From an uncultured delta proteobacterium (GTDB lineage: Bacteria; Desulfobacterota; RBG-13-43-22), in NCBI GenBank assembly GCA_963802945.1, contig CAWDKY010000053.1:128001-192000 (forward strand): a stretch of DNA of 64,000 nt, given 5' to 3'. Under the pieces are notes generated by a model. That model had not been told where the DNA came from and made no database searches. It was given only the letters and a program-made list of their open reading frames with translations. Each line of letters opens with the position of its first letter. Positions within the stretch are counted from its first letter, which is position 1. The translations under genes were made by a program, and so were the position numbers. Shown here in pieces: positions 21,261-30,336 of this stretch.

Positions 21261-22811
21261 ATGAATTATCCTGAGACAAAATTTGAAAAAGATTTTGGGC
21301 CCGGCCCTGAGGCCAGAGTGGAACTGAAAAATGGACGTTTTATAGATGTGGTCAATGGACGTTTTTTTGATGCCGGTATCAGCCTCATGATTCAAGGCTC
21401 CAAAATAATATCGCTGGCCAAAACCTCTGAGCCCGGCGGGATCAAGGCCGACTTCACCGTCGATTGCCAGGGAAAGACCGTTATACCGGGATTGTTCAAT
21501 ACCCATTGTCACATCACGATTACTGCCCCGACCACGCTTCCGGACAGGAAGGATATCAAAGGGTTCAAGGCTTACAGCGATAAACAAATCGAGAAGAACA
21601 TGGCCGAATGTCTGATCCACGGCATCACCACCATAAGGGATGCCTATGCCGAAGATCTGCGCCGGACCAGGCTTCTCAGGGATCGGATTGCTAAAGGTGA
21701 AATCCCCGGCCCCCGTTTCTTACAATCCATCGTCGTTGGTCCTCCTGGGGGATATTTACTGGAGAAGGTTGGATTGGTCGCGAGGTGGATGAGGTCGGCT
21801 TTGGGCATCCCTTCTGTCGCCCATACCCTCCCCTACAGCGGTGGGGTTGAATTCCCGATCGAGGCCTCGGAACAACAGGTCAGGGATGCAGTGGACAGGG
21901 CCATCGATGAACGCGGTGCCGAAGTGATCAAAATCGGTGAGCAGAAAGAAAATATGACCAATTATAAGCCCACCTCGACCATCATGACCCAGAATCAAAT
22001 GAATGCCATTGCCGATCAGGCCAGAAAACGGGGCTTGAAATCGACCATTCATCAGGTTTCCATCGCCTCATTCAAAAAGGCCGTGGAGGCCGGGATTTCC
22101 TCCCTGGCCCATCTTCCCAGAGATGGGGTTCTCTCCCAGCAAGATATCGAAGCTTTTTTGTCAAAAGGCTGCTTCAGCGATCCGACCCTGTCAGTACCCT
22201 ATGATGTCAGTTTTAAGGTCAAAGGAGAGCCCTCCTCTGAAGATCCCGATATGAACCTGTTGACAGAGTTCAGAAACCGGGTCCATAGCACTCTGGTGGA
22301 TGAATATTGGATTCCTGAATTCAAAGCAGGGGCGCAAAAACATTACGACAAGGCCAACTCGGGAAAAATGAAGGTCTTTGGGTTCATGCCCATGACCACC
22401 ATGTTTAAATATTATGCCCCAGCTGCTGTTTACGGCGCCAGGAATATCCGTCTTCTGTTTAAAAACAAGGCAAAGATAACCCTCTCAAACGACGGCGGCA
22501 TTCCCCCCTGCACCCCGGCCATGATGCAGCAGGAGATCGATCTTTTCGATTTGTTTCTCAACCAAGCCGCGGGTGAGAAAATCTTTACCGGTGCAGACGC
22601 CATAAAAATAGCCACGATCAACAGTGCAACCTGCCTGGGGCTGGAAAAGAATCTCGGTTCCATTGAAACCGGAAAGACCGCCGATCTGGCCCTGGTGGAC
22701 GGAGACCCATTCCAGGATCCTCATATAGTGGGCAGCCGGGTAGCCGCCCTTTTCAAAGATGGTAGGTTGGTTATCAACAACTGCGGGCTGAAAATGGAGA
22801 AGGCGGGTTAA
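21261..22811 (+). CDS. Metal-dependent amidohydrolase family protein
   Basis: TVIPGLFNTHCH, GITTIRD, SLAH, ATINSA..LG....GSIETGK.ADL. Confidence 0.85.
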   Translation: MNYPETKFEKDFGPGPEARVELKNGRFIDVVNGRFFDAGISLMIQGSKIISLAKTSEPGGIKADFTVDCQGKTVIPGLFNTHCHITITAPTTLPDRKDIKGFKAYSDKQIEKNMAECLIHGITTIRDAYAEDLRRTRLLRDRIAKGEIPGPRFLQSIVVGPPGGYLLEKVGLVARWMRSALGIPSVAHTLPYSGGVEFPIEASEQQVRDAVDRAIDERGAEVIKIGEQKENMTNYKPTSTIMTQNQMNAIADQARKRGLKSTIHQVSIASFKKAVEAGISSLAHLPRDGVLSQQDIEAFLSKGCFSDPTLSVPYDVSFKVKGEPSSEDPDMNLLTEFRNRVHSTLVDEYWIPEFKAGAQKHYDKANSGKMKVFGFMPMTTMFKYYAPAAVYGARNIRLLFKNKAKITLSNDGGIPPCTPAMMQQEIDLFDLFLNQAAGEKIFTGADAIKIATINSATCLGLEKNLGSIETGKTADLALVDGDPFQDPHIVGSRVAALFKDGRLVINNCGLKMEKAG

Positions 22812-22841
22812 AGGTTTAGTTTCAAGAAAGTCTTACTGGTT

Positions 22842-22883
22842 CTCAAAATGGGCTACGGATTATCATCCGCACCCCATTTTGAG
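22842..22883. terminator. Hairpin between convergent genes
   Basis: CTCAAAATGGG ... CCCATTTTGAG. Confidence 0.5.
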
Positions 22884-22898
22884 GGCGCGAAGCGTCCT

Positions 22899-22954
22899 CG
22901 ACAACAACGAGTTCACTGTGATCTTTAGCGATCCGGCGGAACGATTCGTTGGGC
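22899..22954 (-). mobile_element. attC site (degenerate right core) of the methyltransferase cassette
   Basis: Minus strand GCCCAAC-GAATCGTTCCGCCGGATCG...GTGAACTCGTT-GTTGTCG. Confidence 0.6.
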
Positions 22955-22972
22955 TTTTCTGGTGTGTGCTGC

Positions 22973-23737
22973 TCATTTCTCTCCCCGTATCATCGCCATA
23001 GTTCCCAAAATGAAAGGTACCTTCAACAGGGGTGGGATAAAGGGCGAGTTTCTGGTTTGAATGAGCTCCACTTTGGTTGTTCCCCAGCTCTTGATAGTGG
23101 TGACTAACGCATCTGGATCGCCATACATCTTCTTGATGAGGAATTCGTCTTGAAAAGCGAACTTGCCACCTTTCTTGAGAACCCGCAAAGCTTCACGAAT
23201 AACCTCACGCTTGTCTCTGACACCGCCGACCTCGTGGAAGACAAAATTGCTCACGGCCGCATCGAAGTATTCGTCAGGGAATGGCAATGATGCGGCGCTG
23301 CCTTTCTGGAAGGTTACGCGGTCACTGACTCCTTCAATCGCGGCGTTGCGTTCGCAGACCTTCTTCGAGTAATCCCACTTCTTTCCCCAATAGTCTACCC
23401 CGAAGACTTGTGCCCTACCGTGCTTCTGAGCCAGTTTGATGGCCAGGGCTCCGTTCCCGCACCCTATGTCCACGGCTTTGCCTTCTCCATTCCAGTCCAA
23501 ATGCTCTAAAACGAGCCGCCAAATGGATTCTTGCACATTTCCTGCTTTAGGGGAAAGCTTGAAGCGAACATACCATAGAAAGGCGGCGACCAGCACGAAG
23601 AATGCAGCCAGAATCAACAGGAAAGACCACATGAGACTCGATGCCAGGAACAGGAGTGCTATGGCGAGAGGAACATAAATCATCGGTTTTGGAGTCCAAT
23701 TGCCATAGTCTGGATTCTCTCTGATCTGTCCGTTCAT
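22973..23737 (-). CDS. Class I SAM-dependent methyltransferase with N-terminal TM segment (gene cassette)
   Basis: VDIGCGNG, GSAASLPF.D..FD..VSNFVFH, EALRVLK.GG. Confidence 0.9.
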   Translation of the reverse strand: MNGQIRENPDYGNWTPKPMIYVPLAIALLFLASSLMWSFLLILAAFFVLVAAFLWYVRFKLSPKAGNVQESIWRLVLEHLDWNGEGKAVDIGCGNGALAIKLAQKHGRAQVFGVDYWGKKWDYSKKVCERNAAIEGVSDRVTFQKGSAASLPFPDEYFDAAVSNFVFHEVGGVRDKREVIREALRVLKKGGKFAFQDEFLIKKMYGDPDALVTTIKSWGTTKVELIQTRNSPFIPPLLKVPFILGTMAMIRGEK

Positions 23738-23768
23738 ATGCTCCAGTCCTTCATGTTTGCTTGTTGTA

Positions 23769-23886
23769 ACCCAACATAGAGTTCAGTGCACGCCGCCCCG
23801 AATCAGAACGAAGGTAGCAGTTCATTTGGACTGATCCCGCGCTTTAGAACCAATCTCAGGCGTTGCACTGCAACGACTTGTTAGGT
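23769..23886 (-). mobile_element. attC recombination site
   Basis: Minus strand R'' ACCTAAC; L'' GTTGCAGTGCAACGCC pairs with L' GGCGTGCACTGAAC leaving two extrahelical bases; R' GTTGGGT. Confidence 0.85.
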
Positions 23887-25012
23887 GTTTCACTACAAGT
23901 CCATCCAGCCAGCTGATCATCTCATTTACGGCGAGAAGATGGTTTCCAACTTGGCAGTGCTGTTCCCCGCCTTCTGTTTCTGTAAACAGCCTCGCTACTA
24001 CTGAGGAAGCGCCTGTTAATGCTTCCTTTTGCCTATAATAGTGATTCGTAGGGATGTAATGATCCTTTTCCCCTGCCAGCAGAAGCACGTCCTGTTTGAC
24101 CAAGTGCGATATGGCTTTCATCGTGTGCAGAGACAATGCTTGGTAGAAGTCAATTGGCATCCGTGTCCCCGTTATGTACATCCCGTGGGCGACCGCCCAA
24201 TCAAGCAAAAGACTCCTTTTTCGAAGCCGAGCTACGAGGGCATTTGCAAGTCGTTGGGCATTGAGCGATATTAACAATTTGAAGATATTTCGGATAGGCT
24301 GCGGCATTGGGCGGGTCATTACTTCGAGTCCATCAAAACATACGTCATAGGCTATCACCCGGCTTATGCGAGGTTCGAAAGCGGCAGCTCGCAGAGCAAG
24401 ATAGCCACCCCATGAGATGCCTAGGAGCGTTACGTCAACCAGACTGAAATAGTCCAGAATACTTTTGACGGGCTTTTCCCATTCATGAGTAAATTTCAAC
24501 CCCCGCTTGAGCGCGGTGCCCTGCCCGGGACCTTCGAATAGAATCACCGAATAGCCAGCCTTTGGAATCTGCTTGACTGTCAAATAGAACTCTTCCATGA
24601 AGGAGTCATATCCACCGTGGGCAACAATGATGGCCTTTTCCGTTTGCGAACGAAGGTACATCACTGGGAGTGTACTCCCCTGATAAGGAACCTCATGCCT
24701 AGTAAAATTATCCCCTTCCGTGGCTCTGTTAAAGCACTTGAGAAATGATTTATAGCAGGTCAGTTTTTCCTTATGATCTTCTTTCAAGAAGAACTCGGCC
24801 ATGCGATAGGCATAGGAGGCATTCATGAAACGGCCTTCGGCCTCTGCTTCATGAGCCAAACTCAGCCAACCGACATACCAATCATCATAGTCGCGGACCG
24901 TGGCAAGCATGTCTTTGATATCATGAATCCGGCCTGCAGACTCGCCGTATGTGAGCACACGGTTGGCTTGGAAATTCATCCCTACGTCCGGATGAAGATG
25001 GTAGTATGGCAA
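23822..25012 (-). CDS. Alpha/beta hydrolase (FrsA/2,6-dihydropseudooxynicotine hydrolase-like), gene cassette
   Basis: HGGYDS..EE, FEGPGQG, GISWGG nucleophile, GEKDH, GGEQHCQVGN; C-terminus runs into the attC. Confidence 0.88.
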   Translation of the reverse strand: MPYYHLHPDVGMNFQANRVLTYGESAGRIHDIKDMLATVRDYDDWYVGWLSLAHEAEAEGRFMNASYAYRMAEFFLKEDHKEKLTCYKSFLKCFNRATEGDNFTRHEVPYQGSTLPVMYLRSQTEKAIIVAHGGYDSFMEEFYLTVKQIPKAGYSVILFEGPGQGTALKRGLKFTHEWEKPVKSILDYFSLVDVTLLGISWGGYLALRAAAFEPRISRVIAYDVCFDGLEVMTRPMPQPIRNIFKLLISLNAQRLANALVARLRKRSLLLDWAVAHGMYITGTRMPIDFYQALSLHTMKAISHLVKQDVLLLAGEKDHYIPTNHYYRQKEALTGASSVVARLFTETEGGEQHCQVGNHLLAVNEMISWLDGLVVKHLTSRCSATPEIGSKARDQSK

Positions 25013-25034
25013 CAGAACTTCCTTTCTTTGAAAC

Positions 25035-25126
25035 CTCTAATGCGGCGTTGACCCGTGGCCCACAGCTTGCGGGGCCTTTAGACCCAGGCAAGCAAGTGAC
25101 ATCGGTGTCCAATGGCCTGGTTGGCG
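25035..25126 (-). mobile_element. Degenerate attC-like site upstream of the hydrolase cassette
   Basis: Minus strand CGCCAAC-CAGGCCATTGGACACCG ... CGGGTCAACGCCGC-ATTAGAG; extra bases on the left arm. Confidence 0.45.
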
Positions 25127-25568
25127 AACGCCTGCGGCGGAGCCGGCCGGGACATGGAACCGATAGGGGCAACGCCCAATTGGCGACGCCGCAGGCGGCG
25201 CCAACAAGTTATCCTAAAGTTTTTCTGTACAACACTACAATTTAAAATCTAAATTGGGGAAGGCAACCCTGATCATTTTTCTGTTTGTGATAACTTATGG
25301 TTTACCCAACCCTTCAAATGCTTTGTAACCTATTATAAATGATAAATATTCTCTTGCCAAATTATTTTTATTGCCAAAATTATTGATAATGCAATCAAGA
25401 AACCGGGGCTTCTTGGCAAGCGGCATTATTCAGCCAAAACCCGCGGAAAATAAATAATGGTTGACATTTTATAAGAACAGCATAAAAATTAAATATTATT
25501 TAATCATAATTGAGTTATGGCTTTGCGATAAAAACAACCCTTAACAAGATTTCTATGGGAGGACAGTC

Positions 25569-28052
25569 ATGAGTTTAGCCGAACGAACAATAGGTCCAAA
25601 GGTTTCTCCGCCACCTTCGCGGGTGACCAAGGAGATGAGGAAAAGTATTGTTTACCAAAACAAGAGCAGTAGAGGCTCGGGAAGGATCGAAGCCGCCAAA
25701 GGGAATGTGACCCGGGTTAAGGAAGAGGGGCGCAATCCTTATCGTGATGAGGTTAAATTGTGCATTGAACGGGCGCGGTTGATTACCGAAGGGTATCAAG
25801 CCTCAGAAGGAGAGCCCATGGTCCTCCGGCGGGCCAAGGCCATGGCCCACTTTCTGGACAATCGAACCCTCTACATCTTACCTAACGAACGTATCGTCGG
25901 AAATGTCTCCAGTGAACCTTGCTCCATGATCACCTTTCCTGAAAAATGGAGCAGTTGGCTGGACAAGGCCATCGACACCGAGTACAGCCAATTAGTTACC
26001 GATGAAAAACGGGAGGAACTCCACCGGATCCATAAATACTGGAAAGGGAAATCGGTTCACGGCATGGAGCGCAATCTCTTGCCCAAGGACATCCTCTACT
26101 ACTGGTTTTATCCCAACCAGGGTGTCTTCTTGTGGCGCCATGGCGGCCATGTGGGTTCGCCGAATTACACCAGAATTTTCCAAACCGGCTTGAAGGGGAT
26201 CATCGCCGACGCCAAAAACAAGCTGGATGAAATCAAATCCGATCCGGAACTCTATTTGCATACCCGGGAATTTCTCAAGAAAAAAGCCTTTTATGAGGCG
26301 GTGATTATTTCTTCCGAAGCGGTGATTCGTCAGGGCAAAAGGTTTTCAGAGCTTGCCAGGCAAGAGGCGGCCAAGGCCACGGATCCCAAGAGAAAGGCGG
26401 AGCTGGAGGAAATGGCCGAGGTTTGCGCCTGGGTGCCGGAAAATCAACCCCGTACCCTTCATGAGGCCTTGCAGTTCTATTGGTTTATCAATCTGGTGGT
26501 CCGTGTGCTCGACATTCAGACCTCCGGTAATGGCGACCGGGTGGACCAGATCTTTTATCCCTTTTACAAAAAGGATAAGGAAGATGGCCTGTTGACTTAC
26601 GAGCAGGCCCAGGAACTGGTGGAGCACCTGCTGCTTAAATTCAATGAAGAAGGGGCTTTGATTCCCCCCTCTCACCCCTCGGCCGGGCCTTTGATCACCC
26701 GCGTGGTAACCATAGGAGGGGTGGATACCGAAGGTGTTGACGCCACCAATGAAATGACCTATATCATCATGGATGCCAAAGACGAGGTGGGTTTCAATCA
26801 ACCGGCCCTGGCCGTCAGGCTCCATCCGCAAACACCCCAAAGTTTGTATCGAAAAATCATCTCCTCATTGCTTAAACAACCCGGTGTTTATTCCTTTTTT
26901 AATGACAATATGATGATCCCCTTCCTGATGAACCTCGGCCTCCCCCTGGAAGATGCCCGGGATTACGGGACCGACGGCTGTATGCGATGGATCGTACCCG
27001 GCAAGGCCATGTGTCAAAGGGCCTTGGGAGGCACCTTTGTCCTTCCCAAGTGCTTTGAATACGCCTTGTACCAGGGAGTGGATAAATTCAGCAATAAACA
27101 GGTCGGGGCCAAAACCACGGACCCCTTGACCTGGACCTCGGTGGATGATGCCATGCAGGCCTACCTGGAGCAGGTAAAATTCTTTTTACACAAACTGGTG
27201 ACCATCTATAATCTCGTCGATGCCTTGGAAGAAGAATGGTTGCCCCAGCCCTTTCTCTCGGCTGTGGTGGACGGCTGTCTGGAAGCCGGGAAAGACTGTC
27301 GCGAGTTCAAATATTATCATAATACCATCATTCAACCAGTCGGCCAGGTCACGATCATCAATTCCCTGGCGGCCATTAAGAAGCTGGTGTTTGACGAGAA
27401 AAAGGTTAAGATGGCCGACCTTCTTGAAGCCTTGAAAAACAATTGGGAAGGCAGGGAAGATCTGCGTCAGCAATTTATTAATGACGCACCCAAATGGGGC
27501 AATGATGAAGATTATGTGGACCTCATCGGCCGGGAATTCTACAAGAAGACCAACCAGGCCTTTAAAAGCTTTAAAAATATCTGGGGCTGGCCCTTCAATG
27601 AAGACGGGACCGGGGCTTCTTCCTATTACGATTACAGCGGGATGACCGGGGCCACACCCGACGGCCGGAAGGATCTGGATTTGTTTAATGACGGAACCGT
27701 ATCTCCGGTCATCGGCACGGATAAGAAAGGTCCTCTGGCTACCATGAAATCCATCAGCAAGTTAGACCACGCCGGAACTTTCACCCACCTGTTCAACCAA
27801 AAATTCACTCCTCAAGAGCTGAAGAAGAACAACGGGGCCAATTTCATCTCCCTGCTGAAGACCTTTGTTGATCTTGGCATTCACCACACCCAATTTAATG
27901 TTATCGACCGGGAGACGTTGCTCGATGCTCAGATGCATCCGGATCAATATTCCGATCTGGTGGTCAGGACTGCCGGGCTGGCGGCTTATTTTGTGGATAT
28001 GACCAAAGGAGTGCAGGACCAGATCATTGAGAGAACAGAATTAAGTCTTTAA
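25569..28052 (+). CDS. Glycyl radical enzyme of uncharacterised class
   Basis: ERAR..TE.Y...EGEP.VLRRAKA; Cys loop DARDYGTDGC471MRW; TPDGR; HTQFNV; Gly loop DLVVRTAG803LAAYF. Confidence 0.92.
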   Translation: MSLAERTIGPKVSPPPSRVTKEMRKSIVYQNKSSRGSGRIEAAKGNVTRVKEEGRNPYRDEVKLCIERARLITEGYQASEGEPMVLRRAKAMAHFLDNRTLYILPNERIVGNVSSEPCSMITFPEKWSSWLDKAIDTEYSQLVTDEKREELHRIHKYWKGKSVHGMERNLLPKDILYYWFYPNQGVFLWRHGGHVGSPNYTRIFQTGLKGIIADAKNKLDEIKSDPELYLHTREFLKKKAFYEAVIISSEAVIRQGKRFSELARQEAAKATDPKRKAELEEMAEVCAWVPENQPRTLHEALQFYWFINLVVRVLDIQTSGNGDRVDQIFYPFYKKDKEDGLLTYEQAQELVEHLLLKFNEEGALIPPSHPSAGPLITRVVTIGGVDTEGVDATNEMTYIIMDAKDEVGFNQPALAVRLHPQTPQSLYRKIISSLLKQPGVYSFFNDNMMIPFLMNLGLPLEDARDYGTDGCMRWIVPGKAMCQRALGGTFVLPKCFEYALYQGVDKFSNKQVGAKTTDPLTWTSVDDAMQAYLEQVKFFLHKLVTIYNLVDALEEEWLPQPFLSAVVDGCLEAGKDCREFKYYHNTIIQPVGQVTIINSLAAIKKLVFDEKKVKMADLLEALKNNWEGREDLRQQFINDAPKWGNDEDYVDLIGREFYKKTNQAFKSFKNIWGWPFNEDGTGASSYYDYSGMTGATPDGRKDLDLFNDGTVSPVIGTDKKGPLATMKSISKLDHAGTFTHLFNQKFTPQELKKNNGANFISLLKTFVDLGIHHTQFNVIDRETLLDAQMHPDQYSDLVVRTAGLAAYFVDMTKGVQDQIIERTELSL

Positions 28053-28063
28053 GTCGAGAATAA

Positions 28064-28117
28064 TTCACCCCCACCCCTGCCCTCCCCCCTCGGAGGGGGA
28101 GGGTGCGGAAGGGGGAA
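28064..28117. repeat. GC-rich palindromic REP-like element
   Basis: CCCTCCCCCTC-GGAGGGGGAGGG stem with flanking CCCCC/GGGGG. Confidence 0.55.
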
Positions 28118-28205
28118 TTTTAAAACTCCGTGGTTCCCTCCTTAAACAATCATTTTGAGTTTAATAAAGCATTCCGTTCTTCATGTTAAACAGCAAGGAG
28201 ATGCA

Positions 28206-29006
28206 ATGGAATTCGATAAAATGTTTTTAAAGGAAGAAGAAGGTATTGCCACCTTGACCTTGAACAATCCGGACAAGCTCAATGCCATGTCCACCGAGAT
28301 GTGGAATGATTTTCGGACGATCATCGACCACATCCAGGGGAATCTTGAAATTAAAGTACTGGTGATCACCGGGTCCGGCCGAGGATTTTGTTCAGGATCA
28401 GATGTAGGAGCCAGATTGGCGGCCAATATCGAAGGGCGCGGGCCGAAAAAGACCCAGGCCGACCTGCTGGAAGGAACCGGTTACGCAGCTAAGGTGATCA
28501 GGGATCTGGAAATCCCCATCATTGCGGCGATTAACGGTGTGGCTGCTGGTGCGGGCCTTTCCATGGCCTTGCTTAGTGATATCCGCATTGCCTCGGAAAC
28601 CGCCCGTTTTGGGGCCATTTGGGTCCGGGTCGGTTTGATCGGCGACCTGGGAGCCACTTTACTGCTGCCGCAACTTATAGGACCGGATAAGGCCTTTGAG
28701 ATGCTGACCACCGGGATCATGATTGATGCCCGGGAGGCGGAACGGATCGGACTAGTTACCCGTGTGGTTCCTTCCGAGGCCTTGTTGACCTCCGCCTATG
28801 AACTGGCCGGGAAACTGGCCAAAGGGCCGGCCTTATCGATCAAGTTAATGAAAAAGGCTATCTATAAAGGGCTTCGGCACAACGACCTTCAAGCCCAACT
28901 GGATTTTGAAAGCTTTGCCCAGGGGGTATGCCGTCAATCCGAAGATCATCGCGAAGGCGTCAGGGCCTTTATGGAAAAAAGAGTAGCCCAGTTCAAAGGG
29001 CTGTAA
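28206..29006 (+). CDS. Enoyl-CoA hydratase/isomerase family (PaaG-like, single Asp)
   Basis: FCSGSD, AINGVAAGAG, DIRIASE.ARFG, GLIGD; both canonical Glu absent. Confidence 0.88.
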   Translation: MEFDKMFLKEEEGIATLTLNNPDKLNAMSTEMWNDFRTIIDHIQGNLEIKVLVITGSGRGFCSGSDVGARLAANIEGRGPKKTQADLLEGTGYAAKVIRDLEIPIIAAINGVAAGAGLSMALLSDIRIASETARFGAIWVRVGLIGDLGATLLLPQLIGPDKAFEMLTTGIMIDAREAERIGLVTRVVPSEALLTSAYELAGKLAKGPALSIKLMKKAIYKGLRHNDLQAQLDFESFAQGVCRQSEDHREGVRAFMEKRVAQFKGL

Positions 29007-29050
29007 GACATTTATCCTATTAAGGACAAAAAAGAAGGTTATCATTTGGG

Positions 29051-29240
29051 GTCATTCCGGTGAAGAGACTGTGTCGTAATTATATTTTTGTCATTCCGTG
29101 CAAGCGAAGCGCGACACGGAATCCAGTATTTTCATTAAGTTCTGGATGACGGCTTTGATGGCGCTGTCCGCTATTACGACACAGTCTCGAAGGCCGGAAT
29201 CCAGAGGTTTTCCTGGACTTCGGCTTCCGCCGGAGTGACG
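29051..29240. repeat. REP doublet (GTCATTCCGG...CCGGAATCCAG...CTGGA...CCGGAGTGAC) interrupted by a MITE
   Basis: Matches the intact REP at 38904-38930. Confidence 0.8.
29065..29188. mobile_element. 124-bp MITE with perfect 16-bp TIRs and 3-bp target duplication
   Basis: GAA[GAGACTGTGTCGTAAT ... ATTACGACACAGTCTC]GAA. Confidence 0.85.
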
Positions 29241-29294
29241 TGTTTGGGACCTTTGATAAACCTGTGAACTGAATTGGTTAGATCTAAAAAATTG

Positions 29295-30224
29295 ATGGAC
29301 AACAATAAACCGGAGCTTCGGTCGGACCGGGGATCGATTTTTCTTATTCAGAGTTTCAGCACTAATGATGGTCCGGGAATAAGGACCACGGTCTTTACCA
29401 AAGGGTGTCCCCTTAAGTGCCTGTGGTGCCACAATCCTGAATCCGCCAACAGCTTCCCGGAACTGATGATCCATGATGACCGCTGTATCGGCTGCCTCAA
29501 ATGTCTTGAAGTCTGTCCGAAAAAGGCCATTACCTTTCATCCGGAAAAAGGCAGGAGGATCATTCGGAATCGTTGTAATCGGTGCCTGGATTGCGTTGCC
29601 GTTTGCCCGGCCAAATCTTTGACTGCGGTGGGTGAAATCATGACCGTTGAGCAAGTGATGGCCGAGATCAAAAAAGACGAGCTTTTTATCCACCGCTCCG
29701 ACGGCGGCGTGACTATTTCCGGCGGAGAACCTTTGGCCCAAGCCCCATTTGTCCTGGAACTTTTGAAGGCCTGCCGAGAGCGGGGGTTACATACCGCTTT
29801 GGACACCAGCGGTTATGCACCCTGGTCCACGTTGGAAGAGATACTTAATTATGTCGACCTGGTTTTATTTGATATCAAACATATGGATCCAAAGGTCCAT
29901 ACACAGGTCACCGGGGTCAGCAATGCCTTGCCTCTTTCCAACTTGCGGCGCATCCCGCGGAATATCCCCATCTGGCTGAGGCTGCCCCTCATCCCTGGCT
30001 ATAATGATTCCTTAGAGAATCTGGATAAAGTGGGGGCCTTAAGCCGGGAAATAGCTGCGGAAAAAATTTCTCTTCTGCCCTTTAATCGCTATGGGGACGG
30101 AAAATATCTGAATTTGGGCCGGAAGATACCACTGCCGGGGATCGAAATGTTTAGCCGGGGAAAGATTGAGGAAATCAAAGTGGTTCTGGAAAAGTCGGGG
30201 GTACCGGTAACCATTGGAGAATAG
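29295..30224 (+). CDS. Glycyl-radical enzyme activating enzyme (radical SAM with 2x[4Fe-4S] ferredoxin insert)
   Basis: DGPGIRTTVF.KGCPLKCLWCHNPE; CIGCLKCLEVC and CNRCLDCVAVC; GGVTISGGEP; start uncertain. Confidence 0.93.
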   Translation: MDNNKPELRSDRGSIFLIQSFSTNDGPGIRTTVFTKGCPLKCLWCHNPESANSFPELMIHDDRCIGCLKCLEVCPKKAITFHPEKGRRIIRNRCNRCLDCVAVCPAKSLTAVGEIMTVEQVMAEIKKDELFIHRSDGGVTISGGEPLAQAPFVLELLKACRERGLHTALDTSGYAPWSTLEEILNYVDLVLFDIKHMDPKVHTQVTGVSNALPLSNLRRIPRNIPIWLRLPLIPGYNDSLENLDKVGALSREIAAEKISLLPFNRYGDGKYLNLGRKIPLPGIEMFSRGKIEEIKVVLEKSGVPVTIGE

Positions 30225-30232
30225 AAAAACAT

Positions 30233-30310
30233 AGACTGAAGACCGAAGACTAAAGGCTGAAAGAACTGCGAAGAAAACTTTTTTCATTTTTTCCTTCAGC
30301 CTTCAGCCTT
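30233..30310. repeat. Heptamer-unit hairpin (GACTGAA/GGCTGAA ... TTCAGCC)
   Basis: Tandem 7-mers on the left arm, complementary 7-mers on the right arm. Confidence 0.6.
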
Positions 30311-30336
30311 AACACCTAAAAAACGGAGGTAAGATA

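Noticed and set aside
25569-28052. Annotation as pflB, cutC or bssA
   Set aside because: No CC pair, no CxE, no CMS motif, and no small subunit genes.
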